This document shows positions 53,994 through 64,000 of a DNA stretch of 64,000 bases, in pieces. The notes beneath the pieces are model-generated. The model did not search any database and had not been told where the DNA came from. It saw only the letters and a program-made list of their open reading frames with translations. The position numbers were made by a program, and so were the translations under genes. How positions within the stretch are numbered: position 1 is the stretch's first letter; each line of letters begins with the position of its first letter. Source of the stretch: Alphaproteobacteria bacterium (GTDB taxonomy: Bacteria > Pseudomonadota > Alphaproteobacteria > MPNO01 > UBA830); NCBI GenBank assembly GCA_965243135.1, contig OZ251539.1, positions 32,001 through 96,000 of the forward strand, in the 5' to 3' direction.

Positions 53994-54150
53994 GTTCGCC
54001 GCAGAACACCTCGACGCGGACGGCGAAGCATGCCGCCCGGTCGTCCGCCTCCAACGCTTCCAGAATCGCCGTCATGGGCGCCCGACGAACTTTGCGGAGA
54101 GACGCTTAACCCGTAATCGCCTTGCTGTCACCCGTTGCGGTCGAGCGGCC
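53994..54150. repeat. ~157-bp direct repeat, copy 2 (truncated GNAT start MTAILEALEADDRAACFAVRVEVFCGE)
   Basis: Near-identical to 49288-49444. Confidence 0.9.
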
Positions 54151-54427
54151 CGTCCGCCCCGTCTGCCGGCCGTCGCGGCCGGACGCCCGCCAATCCGGAA
54201 TTGCCGAACAGGCCGGGTTCGCTTGCGCCGCCCGGAAGAATTGCAGGGAAAGACATTTCCCGCGTCGGCGCGCTCCCGGGGGCGACAGCGGCGCGAATGC
54301 CTGTCTCGCGAAACGCGCTCTCGACGCGAAGGGGCGAAGTTCCGCTTGCAGGCACGACCGCGACCAAATTCGGATAGGTCGTAAAATAGTCGTGACTATT
54401 CGACGACGACATCGATAATGGTCGATC

Positions 54428-55622
54428 ATGAAGTTGCCGCGGATATACGATTCCCTGCTGGTCGAACATCTTGCGAACCATCGGCAAATGGCGTTTGTCG
54501 GCGGTCCCCGGCAGGTGGGCAAAACCGCCACTTGCAGGCTTCGCGCCGACATCTGCATCGACTGGGACGACATCGACGACCGGGAGCGCGTCCTCGCTGG
54601 TCCGGGACGCTTTGCCGACAGGCTCAAACTCGACCGACCGTCCGGAACCGTCCCCGTAGTTCTGTTCGACGGATTGCACAGATTTCCGCGTTGGAAGCAG
54701 TTCCTGAAAGGCTTTTTCGACGTTCATGCCGACCGGGTGCGGGTCGTGGCGACAGGCGACAGTCGAATGGACGTCCACCGCGGCGGCGGCGGCCTGACGG
54801 GACGCTATTTTTCCTATCGAATGCATCCGTTTTCCGTCGCGGAGACCGTAACGCAGGAACTCCCGGACAGCGAGTGGGTTGTCCGTCCGCCGCGGCAGGC
54901 GGACGATTTCGACGTCCTCTGGCGCTACGGCGGTTATCCGGAGCCGTTTATCAAACGCGACGCCCGCTTCAGCCGCCGCTGGCGATCGCTCCGGTTCGAG
55001 CAATTGGCCAGGAACGACATTCGCGACTTCACCCGAGTCCAGCAGCTCGGCCAAATAGAAGTCATGGTCCGGTGGCTGTCCGGACGTTCGGGGCAGAAGT
55101 TGGTCTACGGCAATCTTGCGAAGCAGGTGCGGGTGGCTGTCGACACCGTCCGCCGCTGGGTCGCCGCGCTGTGCGATCTTCATCTGGGATTTATCGTCAG
55201 GCCGTGGTTCAAGAGCGTCCCGCGATCCCTCCGCAAGGAACCGAAGTGGTATCTGCGGGATTGGGCTTCCATCGGAGAGCCGGCCAGCGGGCCGAGACTG
55301 TCGTCGCCTGCCATCTCCTGAAGGCGGTCGAAGGCTGGAACGATATGGGCTTCGGAGTTTTCGAGCTCGGCTACCTGCGCGACAAGGAAAAGCGGGAGGT
55401 CGATTTCCTGGTGGCGCGCGACGGCGCGCCCTGGTTTCTCGTAGAGGTGAAGCTCCGCGACGAGTCGATGAGCGCTTCTTTGAAACATTACCAGGATCAG
55501 GTCGGAGCGCCGTTCGCGTTTCAGGCGACGATGGACGCCGAGTACGTGGACGAAGACTGCTTCGCCAGGCCGGGCCTCCGTTGATCGTTCCCGTCCGCAC
55601 CCTCCTGTCTCAATTGCTGTGA
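54428..55622 (+). pseudogene. AAA_14 + DUF4143 ATPase, frameshifted
   Basis: GPRQVGKT, GGYPEP, RSLRKEPKWYL, then REVDFLV...LVEVK in another frame. Two frameshifts, and Walker B reads FDGLH. Confidence 0.8.
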
Positions 55623-56666
55623 TGGCGCAGGGTCCTTCGGCAGCCGCCCTCCGTCCGGCCGTCGACAAGGGCCGCGGAAGCGGATTCCGCTCGAAGCCTC
55701 GGCAATCGAGGCGAACCGGCGGCACGCCGAGCCGCCGGTCCGAAAGCCGTCCAAGCTGCCGGGTTCGAACGCGTCGGCCAGACTCGCTTCGGTTCGACGC
55801 ATGTTTCGTCCGCACGAGACGCGGCTTGCCGTCGAGGAAACAAAATACGCCGCTTCGTCGATCCCGATGCTCGACAATCGTCGATCTTCTTATCGAAGCG
55901 GGACGACATTCGTCGAAAATCTGAGGAAAGTTGGAATCAGAACTTTGGTTCTCTCTCGAAGGTCCGTGAACGATATTTCTGATGGGTGTACGTCAGATTT
56001 GTTATGCTGCCCGCTGCTCCCAAAAGTTCTCGAAGCGGCAACGCTTGCGCGCTCCGCTCCCGGCGTCTCAGGCGAAGAACTCGTCATCGTGGCTGTGTCC
56101 GCCACTAGCGACGGCCGCAACCTCACGCTTCGATGAAGTGCGGCAGCGCCATCGCCCGCCGCATCGATGCTCCGGTTTTACTCGCCGTGATGGCGACCTC
56201 GATTCACGGGGATCCAGAGGCCGCACGGCCGAACCGCTGGCCGAGGAACCTCGGCTTCATGCGAACGCCCTGCGCGCCGATCCTCCGCGCATCGGAGATT
56301 GTTGCGCTCCATGACCCGGCAAACGGCCGTAGGCGCCCAAACATCGCTCCGCAGCGGATCGACAAGGGCGTCGTCCGTGAAGTCCGGCCGCGCCCATTTC
56401 TTCTTGACGCACGGTCCGCAGTCTCCGCCTGCGTCGCCCTGCGAACGTCGAGACCCTTGCTCCGGCTCTCGTCGGCATACGGCATCGTCTCTCCCGGTTC
56501 GACGCGTAACTCGCTCCGAGCCGCAGGCCGCAAAAATCGTCCCGCGAACCGAAAATTTTTTCGCGACGCCGTATCGCTCATGGGGACGTAGCCTGATTGA
56601 GCGCACCAATCGGTTGGTCCACCGGCAATTCCCGAAGCCGATTAGATTTCCCGATTCCTCGTAAAG

Positions 56667-57668
56667 TCAGATATTCCAGCCGCGAAGCGCGTTTGCGGTT
56701 TCGACAAAGCGATTGGCCGGTCGGTCACGCCTGTCGGGCGGCAAAGAGAGGAGGGGGCGCAGCGTGGTTTCGAACCCGTCAAGACCGCCATCGTGTCTTG
56801 ATTCTCTTAGCTCCTCAACCATGTCTTGATTGACGTGAATCCGATATCGGGAATCGAATGTGACAAAAGCTCGGTCAAAAGCGCGATGATGCAGAACGCA
56901 CAAGGCAACGCCGTTGTCGGTTCCGTCCGTGCTGTCGGGATGTGACGCCGGAAGCACATGCGCTCCGTCAATGAGCCGTAGCTGAATGCCGCACATGGCG
57001 CAACTGTGATTGTAAGCAGTGAGCACCCGCTTTCGAAACCCGATATCCCGTAACGCGCGTTTCGTAGAAATCACGGCATAACTGCGCGGCGCCGCCACCT
57101 CGTCCGTAACTTCACTATCATCGACGTTTTCGGGTTCCTGCCCAATTCGGCTTAGCATTCTTATCTCGCTGTCTTCGTGGCCACAGCCGTGGAGTTCTTC
57201 CAAATTGTCGGCGTAGGAAACGAGAAAATCGGGCCGAAAAGCAATAGCCAATTCGTTGTTGCCCTTGTTATGAGGCGCGAATCCGTCGATAACGGCTTGA
57301 TGCAGTACAGCCTCGCGAAGCTGAATTGAAGGCGAAGCGCCAAGTTCGTCGCGATGTCTGGCAAAGTCGAAACCCGCAAATACGCCCAACTCATCCTGCC
57401 AACCGAGAATCAGCGTTTTGCTTCCGGCAATCCGCCGGAAGCGCTCGACACCGGTTACCTGAATACGCCATTCGTCGTCCGGCCGGTTTCGTCCCCCCGA
57501 AGTCAGGTTCCAAATATAGACGCCTACCTGATAGCTCCGGTCGTCTCGATAAATCTGATATCGCGCTGGATGATCTCCTGGACGAGAAAGGTAGAGAAAG
57601 TTCCACCCGCTTTCGCGGATCGCCCTTTCCACAACGTTGAGCAGCTGTCGTTTGGCGAGCCGCGCCAT
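56667..57668 (-). CDS. HNH endonuclease with N-terminal domain (methylase-associated X1-like)
   Basis: FRKRVLTAYNHSCAMCG...GAHV...NGVALCVLHHRAFD. N-terminal YIWNLTSGGRNRPDDEWRIQ domain. Confidence 0.88.
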   Translation of the reverse strand: MARLAKRQLLNVVERAIRESGWNFLYLSRPGDHPARYQIYRDDRSYQVGVYIWNLTSGGRNRPDDEWRIQVTGVERFRRIAGSKTLILGWQDELGVFAGFDFARHRDELGASPSIQLREAVLHQAVIDGFAPHNKGNNELAIAFRPDFLVSYADNLEELHGCGHEDSEIRMLSRIGQEPENVDDSEVTDEVAAPRSYAVISTKRALRDIGFRKRVLTAYNHSCAMCGIQLRLIDGAHVLPASHPDSTDGTDNGVALCVLHHRAFDRAFVTFDSRYRIHVNQDMVEELRESRHDGGLDGFETTLRPLLSLPPDRRDRPANRFVETANALRGWNI

Positions 57669-57695
57669 GTCATGGAACTCCGAGGAAGCGCAAGA

Positions 57696-58964
57696 TTATT
57701 CCGCCGCAAATCGCGGCACGGGCTTCGCTTCCGGTTTTGTCGCAGGCTGCGGCTTGTCCGATGTCCGCTCACGCCTGATACCGCCATTGTGAATCAAGGG
57801 AACCTCGTCCTCGCTCACAGGGATGGAGCAGGGAGGACTAATCGAGTAAGCCACGGACTTGTTTCTCCCGCTTGGACGCGGATTCGGTTCGAATCGAACT
57901 ACCGCGCCCTTGAGAAACTCTTCTTCCAATTCGCAACAAACCCATCTGCGGCCAAGATGTTCGGCAACGGCGCCGGTGACGCAGGAACCGGCAAACGGAT
58001 CAAGAACCAGATCGCCGGGATCGGTCAACATCCGGATAAAATATTCCGGCACTTCTTCGGGGTAACGCGCGGGATGGATCGGATAATCGTTCTTTCGACA
58101 GTAATCTTGATAGCGTCCATTCGATTCGGTGTTGGCTACTGCGAGCAGATTTGGCGGGACGGAACCGCCGTTATCTCTGCCAAACTTGTCCGAGATATGA
58201 TGTCCGGAAGGACGAAGTTTAGCCGTGTAGCCGTTCTTCAGCAAATCGCGCATGGACGCGCTGTACGGCGCGAGAACGCGGCGGTTACTAGCTTTAGGCC
58301 ATGGCGTAAGGGACAGCCACCAGATGCAATTCACGGCGTCCTTCACTCGTACCCGGCGCACGTTGACCCACTCCGCTGGCGTCGGAAGTTTCGACGGGTT
58401 CCACCAATAGTGTTCCTGACATAAATGGAAACCGTATTCTTCGCATAACATCAGCAGCAATTCAAAGTGATAGAGCGAACGAGTCGGCGTTCCTGGCCTC
58501 CACGCGCCGCCGATATCGATCACCAAGCTTCCGCCTTTCTTGAGCACCCTCCGGAAACCTTCCGCAAACGGACGAAACCAGTCGCAGTAACGGTGAGAAT
58601 CCTCATTGCCGTAGGTCTTCTTGCGAACAAGGCCGAAAGGCGGCGAAGTCATGATCAGGTCCACCGAATCTTCGGCGGTCCCGTTGAAAAGATAACACAG
58701 AGCTTCGCCGCAAAGTATCGTTCCTAACCGAGTTTCATGGTAGTTCCGGATTCCGTCAGACGGATACGCTTCCGCCACGTCGGATCTTGCGCGCTTTGCT
58801 GGATCGGCGCCCACCATGGCGAGGGCATGCAAATGGCGCAGATACTCGCTAAGGGAATCCACGCCGTAGCGTTCGGCGGCTAATTCCATTTCCGCTCGTT
58901 CGTCAGCGGTCAAACGAACATTAACAAACGCGTTTCCCCGATTACCGGCTTTCAGTCGAGACAT
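57696..58964 (-). CDS. Beta-class N4-cytosine DNA methyltransferase (M.PvuII-like) with N-terminal ribbon-helix-helix domain
   Basis: TSPPF motif IV precedes DPFAGS motif I. NPSKLP..EWVN...RVKDAVN, RPSGH, DNGGSVPPNLL and HPAR match M.PvuII as I recall it. N-terminus VNVRLTADERAEMELAAERYG..LSEYLR. Confidence 0.88.
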   Translation of the reverse strand: MSRLKAGNRGNAFVNVRLTADERAEMELAAERYGVDSLSEYLRHLHALAMVGADPAKRARSDVAEAYPSDGIRNYHETRLGTILCGEALCYLFNGTAEDSVDLIMTSPPFGLVRKKTYGNEDSHRYCDWFRPFAEGFRRVLKKGGSLVIDIGGAWRPGTPTRSLYHFELLLMLCEEYGFHLCQEHYWWNPSKLPTPAEWVNVRRVRVKDAVNCIWWLSLTPWPKASNRRVLAPYSASMRDLLKNGYTAKLRPSGHHISDKFGRDNGGSVPPNLLAVANTESNGRYQDYCRKNDYPIHPARYPEEVPEYFIRMLTDPGDLVLDPFAGSCVTGAVAEHLGRRWVCCELEEEFLKGAVVRFEPNPRPSGRNKSVAYSISPPCSIPVSEDEVPLIHNGGIRRERTSDKPQPATKPEAKPVPRFAAE

Positions 58965-59299
58965 GCACCCTCCAGTATCGTATCGGCACACTAGCGCAGC
59001 GGTTTTCGTGCGACAAGTAGAATCTGCGCCGATGGCCGCAAGAATTCTGTGAATAGGCGCAATGTCTCGCCGCCCCTCGCGCGCATTTGGAGCATCCGCA
59101 AGAGATGCGGAGGTCGCAGCCTTCCTAGTGGATTGCTCGGGGTCGGCGGCAACGGGAGCGGAACGCCGGCAACCGTTTCAGCCTCCAGCCGATCGCGGGA
59201 CGGAACGGCGTTGAGCATCGCGACAACCGGTTTCGCGGTGACCGGCGCCGGCGGCGATCGCGCGCGGGCCGAACGGCGCCAGCCTGCAAGGGATGAGGA

Positions 59300-59638
59300 A
59301 CAGTTCCGCCACCCGCTCAGCCGCCGCTCGTTGCGCCGCACCTGCAAGACTTCCAGCCGCTTCGCCGCCGCCTTGACCGTCAGGTAGATGATCGGCCGGT
59401 TGCCGCGCGTCCAATCCTCGTCGCGGGTGAATTTCAGGAACATTCGGAAATGCGCCGGCAGCGCATCGGCCCAGCCCCTCCTTCCTCCCGACTTCGTCCA
59501 GGCGTTCCGTGAGGTCGAACCACGGGACAGCGGGCCGTCGAACGAATCGGCCGCGCGCTCGGCCATGTAGCGAGGCTTCGACTGTCCGCGCCGGGCGCTC
59601 GGGTTGTCGCTGCGCACCGCAGCGTCGCTTGTTTTCAT
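59300..59638 (-). pseudogene. Remnant of plasmid replication initiator RepC (repABC type) N-terminus
   Basis: FTRDEDWTRGNRPIIYLTVKAAAKRLEV.QVRRNERRL resembles the RepC 'DW...RPIV...QVRR' winged-helix segment. The rest is missing. Confidence 0.55.
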
Positions 59639-59666
59639 GGTCGAATAAAGCGAGACGTCTCCTTGA

Positions 59667-60391
59667 TCACGAATGAGCGATCCGCAAGCGTTTCGAGTCG
59701 GGGAATTCGTCCCAGGTTCTGCCGTCCAGCCTTCTCCCGCCCGACTTGGGGCGCGCGCCGCCCCACTGCTTGAAGAAGAACGCGGTTTCGCGGCCGCTGC
59801 ATTGATCGCGCAGCTCTCGCGCCCATTCGGGTTCCATCGGCCGCGCTCCCGGACCGCTTTCGCCTCCGACGATCGCCCAGGCGATGCCGTCGAGATCGAT
59901 CGGACCGACAGGGTCGAGCAGCGGCTCGAACGAAACGAACCGGACGGCCGCCGGCGTTCGTTTCAAGTGCTCCAGCCGCCCGGCGCGCTCGCGGTTCTCG
60001 ATCGACGCGCCGAGCCTGGCCCGGCGCTCCGGTTTCGCCGTACCGCCGACGGACATAGCCGCGCATGCGGGACGAACGCTTGGTCAACGCCTGATAGACG
60101 TGTCGCGATGTCCGCTCCATGGCTTCGAACACCTGGTCCACGAACGCCTCCGGCACCCGCTTGTGGAAAAGGTCGCTCATCGAGTTGACGAATATCCGCT
60201 TCGGCTTGCGCCAGCGTTCCGGCGCAGCGAGCCGGCCATAGCTTCAGATCGAAACCCTGCTGATGGCCCTCGACGCCGCGCCAGCGCTCGGCGAATCGGG
60301 CCGCGTAGCAATTGTCGCAGCCGGGGCCGATCTTCGTGCACCCCGTCATCCACGTCGCGTCGGTCCATTCGATTTGCGTCGCTTGCGCCAT
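59667..60391 (-). pseudogene. Phage Gp37/Gp68 (DUF5131) family protein, frameshifted
   Basis: TQIEWTDATW..GCTKIGPGCDNCYA; FVNSMSDLFH...LTKR; SFEPLL, WAIVGGESG and FFFKQWGG, spread over three frames. Confidence 0.88.
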
Positions 60392-60401
60392 TTCGATGTT
60401 T

Positions 60402-60416
60402 GTTCTATGTTTGTTC
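60402..60416 (-). promoter_or_regulatory. Alphaproteobacterial LexA box (GAAC-N7-GAAC on the coding strand)
   Basis: + strand GTTCtatgtttGTTC, 10 nt upstream of the DUF5131 ATG. Confidence 0.7.
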
Positions 60417-60724
60417 TCTTCCGGCGCCAACGGTATTTTATCGCCGCCCTCCTGACTGTCGGGACGACGAACCCGGCGGCCGAACGGGCCGACGGCCCGG
60501 GAACGCGCTCGTCCGCGAAATTTTCCGGGCGCGGACCAGTGAGCGAAACCGGGCGCCGGGAATGACGTCGGCGCCGGAAAACAGGGCGTCTTGCGCGCGC
60601 GCCGGAGCTTGCTCCGCCGGTTCCGACGCGGCGCTCGCGGCCGGCGGGCGGGACTCGTTCGTATCGTGGACGCGGCGCGGCGGCGCGGCTATGTTCTCGC
60701 TCGGACAATCGCTACGGGATTCCA

Positions 60725-61282
60725 ATGAAGCTTTTCGTATTTTCCGCATCCCTGCGCCGGGAATCGCTCAACGCCCGGCTCGCGCGGCTGATCGCCCGCA
60801 TCGCCCGGAACGGCGGTCACGAGGTCGATCTGGCGCGCATCGGCGAATTCGACATGCCGTTCTACGATTTCGACGTCCAGCAGGAATCCGGCATTCCCGC
60901 GGCTGCCGCCGCGCTTGCCGACCGCATGACCGCCGCCGACGGAATGGTCCTTTGTTCGCCCGAATACAACTGGCTGCCGCCGGCCGCCGTCAAGAACGCG
61001 GTCGACTGGCTGTCGCGCATTCAGCCGATGCCGCTTGCGGGTTTGTCGCTCCTCCTGGCCGCCGCTTCGCCGTCGCCGGTCGGCGGCGCGCGCGGCTTGA
61101 TGAGTCTTCGGACGTCGTTCGAGGCGCTCGGCGTCTGGGTCTATCCGAAGACTTTCGCGCTGGCGCAGGCGGGTTCGGCGTTCGACGGCGACGATGGCCT
61201 CGCGGATCCGGACCTCGCGAAGATGCTCGAAGCGTTGACGATGGATTACTGCTCCGGCGCGGCTGCGCTCGCGAACCGTTGA
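60725..61282 (+). CDS. NADPH-dependent FMN reductase
   Basis: SASLRRESLN, SPEYN and KNAVDWLSR motifs. Confidence 0.92.
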   Translation: MKLFVFSASLRRESLNARLARLIARIARNGGHEVDLARIGEFDMPFYDFDVQQESGIPAAAAALADRMTAADGMVLCSPEYNWLPPAAVKNAVDWLSRIQPMPLAGLSLLLAAASPSPVGGARGLMSLRTSFEALGVWVYPKTFALAQAGSAFDGDDGLADPDLAKMLEALTMDYCSGAAALANR

Positions 61283-61298
61283 TCCCCGCCGCCGCAGG

Positions 61299-64000
61299 AT
61301 GACAGCCGAAGCCTGGATCGGCGCGCGCTATCCGCGCAAGGAGGATGCCGCCCTGCTCACCGGCGGCGCGCGCTTCATCGACGACCTGGCGCCGGTCGCG
61401 GGAATCCGGCACGCCGCCATCCTGCGATCGAGCCACGCTCATGCCCGAATCGCGTCCGTCGACGTCTCGAAGGCTGCGGCGTTCCCCGGCGTCCGCGACG
61501 TCGTGACCGGCCCCCGGATCGCGGAAGCGATAAAGCCGATTCCCAGCGCCGTTCGCGTGCCGATCGCGTTCTATCCGATCGCGGTGGACAAGGTTCGGTA
61601 CGTGGGGGAGCCGGTCGCGGTGGTCGTCGCCGAGGATCGCTACGTCGCCGAGGACGCGATGGAACTGATCGACGTCGAGTACGACCCGCTGCCTCCGGTC
61701 GCCGATCCGGTCGCGGCGCTGGATGAAGGCGCTCCCCTGCTCCACGAAGAGGTCGGATCCAACCTGGTGCACCGCCGGACGTTTCGCTACGGAGATCCCG
61801 AGGCGGCTTTCGCGCGAGCCGACAGGGTCGTCCGGCTCGACTGGCGCTTCCCCCGCTATTCGTCGACGCCGATGGAGACCTACGGACTCGTCGCGCAGTT
61901 CGAGCGGCATCCCGACCGCTACACCATATGGTCCAACTTCCAGGGTCCGTTCATTCTGCACGCGCTGATGACCGGCGCGCTGGGCGTGCCGGGCAACCGG
62001 CTCCGCCTGGTCACCGCGCCGAACTCCGGCGGCAGCTTCGGCATCAAGCAGGCCATGTTCCCGTACATGGTGCTCATGGCCGCGTGCGCGAGGCTGACGG
62101 AACGGCCGGTGAAGTGGGTCGAGGATCGGCTGGAGCACCTCGTCGGCTCGTCGTCGGCGTCGGACCGGGCGGACTCGGTGGAAGCGGCGTTCGCCTCCGA
62201 CGGCGAACTTCTCGGCCTCAGGTACGGCAATCTCGTCAACGTGGGCGCCTATGTCCGCGCGCCGGAACCGGCGTCGGTCTACCGCATGCATTCCGCGTCC
62301 AACGGTTGCTACCGGGTTCGCGACATCGCCGTCGAAAACCGCCTCGCGGTGACCAACGCCACCCCCGTCGGCCTCAATCGCGGCTACGGCGGACCGCAGT
62401 TCTACTACGCCCTCGAACGCGCGATGGACGCGGGCGCGAAGGAATTGGGGATCGACCCGGCCGAAATCCGCCGGCGCAACTTCGTCCCGCCGGAAGCGTT
62501 TCCCTACGAGGCGCCGGCCGGCGCGACGTACGACTCCGGCGATTACCCGGCGGGCATGGACAAGGCGCTCGAACTGGCGGACTACGAGGCGCTGAAGGCC
62601 GAGCGCGAACGCGCCCGCGCCGAAGGACGGCTGTTCGGCATCGGCCTGGCGGCGGGCATCGAGCCCTCTGGCTCGAACATGGCCTACGTGACTCTCGCCC
62701 AGACCCCGGAGGAACGCAGCCGGGCCGGCGGGCGTTCGGGCGGACTCGGCTCCGCGACGGTCGCCGTCGACCCTTCCGGGTCGGTGACGGTGAGAACCGT
62801 CTCGACGCCGGCGGGACAGGGACACCAGACGGTGGCCGCCCAGGTGGTCGCCGACGCCCTCGGGCTGCGCCCCGACCAGATCGACGTGGTCACCGAAGCC
62901 GATACGCTGACCAGCGCCTGGTCGCTCGCGTCGGGCAACTACGCCAACCGTTTCTCGTCGGTCGTCGTCGGCGCGATCGCGGAGAGCGCGGAAAGGGTCG
63001 CGCGAAAGATTCGGCGGATCGCCGCCGAGAATCTCGAGGTCGCGCCCGAGGACATAGAGCTTGCGGGAGGCGAGGCGCGGGTGGTCGGCGTTCCCGGCAA
63101 GGCGCTGCCGTTGCGCCGCGTCGCCTCGCAGACCCACTGGCACCCTGCCGGCCTGCCCGACGGCATGGAGCCCGGGCTGTTCGAGACCGCGATCCTGAAC
63201 CCGCCCATGCTGGGGGCGCCGGACGACGCCGACCGGGTGGCGAGCGCCGTCACCTTCGGCTACGTGTTCGACCTCGCCGCGGTCGAGATCGACGGGGCGA
63301 CGGGCCGAATCGACGTGCGCAAATACGTTTCCGTCCACGACGTCGGAAACGTGCTGAACGAGCTCGTCGTCGACGGACAGATCTACGGCGGGTTCGCGCA
63401 CGGCCTCGGCGGCGCTCTCATGGAAGAGTTCGTCTACGACGCGGGGGGCAATCCGCAGACCGGCACGTTCGCCGATTACCTTTGCATTACCGCGCCGGAG
63501 GTTCCCGAGCTTGTCGTCGGACACGCCGGCACGCCGTCGCCTCATAACCGGCTCGGCGCGAAGGGGATGGGGGACGGGTCCTCCATGCTGGCGCCGACGG
63601 CCATCGCCAATGCCGCGGCGGACGCTCTCGGACGCTTCGATATCGAGTTGCCGCTTACGCTCGCCAGGACGTGGGCGTTGGCCAACGGCCTGCCCTACGC
63701 GCGGGACGGCGCCGCCCGCGACGCCGCCGCGCCGGCCGGCGGCCTGACCGGCGAAGGGGAGGTGGAGCTGGCGGCGGCGCCGGGCGACGTATGGCGGCTG
63801 CTGCTCGACGCCGAAACGCTGGCGGCCGTCGTGCCCGGTTGCGAAAAGCTCGAACGAACCGGCGAGGACAGCTACGCGGCGCAGGTGACGATCGGCGTCG
63901 CCGGCGTGCGGGGCCGCTACGAGGCGCGGATCGAACTGCGCGACAAGCGGGCGCCGGAGAGCCTGCGGCTGGTCGGCGGGGCGTCGGGCGCGCTGGGTTT
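61299..64000 (+). CDS. Xanthine dehydrogenase/CoxL-family molybdopterin large subunit with C-terminal CoxG/SRPBCC domain (HmfA-like), partial
   Basis: MTAEAWIGARYPRKED, GGSFGIK, RGYGGPQ, GQGHQT, DGQIYGG and GAKGMGDG, then in-frame VWRLLLDAETLAAVVPGCEKL. No stop before the window end. Confidence 0.88.
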   Translation, partial: MTAEAWIGARYPRKEDAALLTGGARFIDDLAPVAGIRHAAILRSSHAHARIASVDVSKAAAFPGVRDVVTGPRIAEAIKPIPSAVRVPIAFYPIAVDKVRYVGEPVAVVVAEDRYVAEDAMELIDVEYDPLPPVADPVAALDEGAPLLHEEVGSNLVHRRTFRYGDPEAAFARADRVVRLDWRFPRYSSTPMETYGLVAQFERHPDRYTIWSNFQGPFILHALMTGALGVPGNRLRLVTAPNSGGSFGIKQAMFPYMVLMAACARLTERPVKWVEDRLEHLVGSSSASDRADSVEAAFASDGELLGLRYGNLVNVGAYVRAPEPASVYRMHSASNGCYRVRDIAVENRLAVTNATPVGLNRGYGGPQFYYALERAMDAGAKELGIDPAEIRRRNFVPPEAFPYEAPAGATYDSGDYPAGMDKALELADYEALKAERERARAEGRLFGIGLAAGIEPSGSNMAYVTLAQTPEERSRAGGRSGGLGSATVAVDPSGSVTVRTVSTPAGQGHQTVAAQVVADALGLRPDQIDVVTEADTLTSAWSLASGNYANRFSSVVVGAIAESAERVARKIRRIAAENLEVAPEDIELAGGEARVVGVPGKALPLRRVASQTHWHPAGLPDGMEPGLFETAILNPPMLGAPDDADRVASAVTFGYVFDLAAVEIDGATGRIDVRKYVSVHDVGNVLNELVVDGQIYGGFAHGLGGALMEEFVYDAGGNPQTGTFADYLCITAPEVPELVVGHAGTPSPHNRLGAKGMGDGSSMLAPTAIANAAADALGRFDIELPLTLARTWALANGLPYARDGAARDAAAPAGGLTGEGEVELAAAPGDVWRLLLDAETLAAVVPGCEKLERTGEDSYAAQVTIGVAGVRGRYEARIELRDKRAPESLRLVGGASGALG

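Noticed and set aside
55623-56660. Possible decayed genes (e.g. MmcQ/YjbR-like fragment on the - strand)
   Set aside because: Similarity is too weak and fragmentary to support by eye.
54428-60391. Frameshifts as general sequencing error
   Set aside because: Core genes across the window are intact while lesions cluster in accessory genes, which favours real pseudogenisation. The G17 length remains the exception that needs checking.
61299-64000. Aerobic CO dehydrogenase CoxL
   Set aside because: The active-site loop reads NRGYGG, not AYRCSFR (form I) or AYRGAGR (form II).

Overview
High-GC alphaproteobacterial chromosome segment. The assignment rests on gene order, protein similarity and GTTC-N7-GTTC LexA boxes. 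The many decayed accessory genes, paralogous AAA/PD-(D/E)XK genes and restriction-modification (RM) load hint at a host-associated lifestyle, but this is inference only. The core backbone is moeB-dut-coaBC-(Rieske oxygenase)-ubiB-ubiE / mutM ... rpsT-rhodanese-dnaA-dnaN-recF-gyrB, PBP1A, SCO, an ABC transporter, GST, malonyl-CoA decarboxylase, frmA, an aromatic-catabolism cluster, msrB and a Mo-hydroxylase large subunit running off the right edge. Three accessory blocks interrupt it. (1) 8.3-12.3 kb: a divergent pair of AAA-ATPase/PD-(D/E)XK paralogues with duplicated, apparently leaderless promoters. (2) 22.6-30.0 kb: a ubiquitination-like operon (multi-beta-grasp Ubl, Ser-type E2, JAB-E1 fusion, DUF6527-like protein) whose fifth overlapping gene is an ABC-ATPase/TOPRIM (OLD-like) nuclease. 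The operon sits behind a sigma70 promoter overlapped by a perfect LexA box. The nuclease gene is split in its Walker A by an IS66 element that carries DUF4338 and has an unusual double-right-end structure. (3) 49.3-60.4 kb: a defence island with a Type ISP-like RM enzyme frameshifted at a G17 tract (candidate phase variation) and bracketed by ~157-bp direct repeats, plus a LexA-boxed DUF5131(pseudo)-repC(pseudo)-RHH::M.PvuII-like MTase-HNH cluster. No rRNA, tRNA or CRISPR array was seen. All family assignments come from motif recognition by eye, not database searches.
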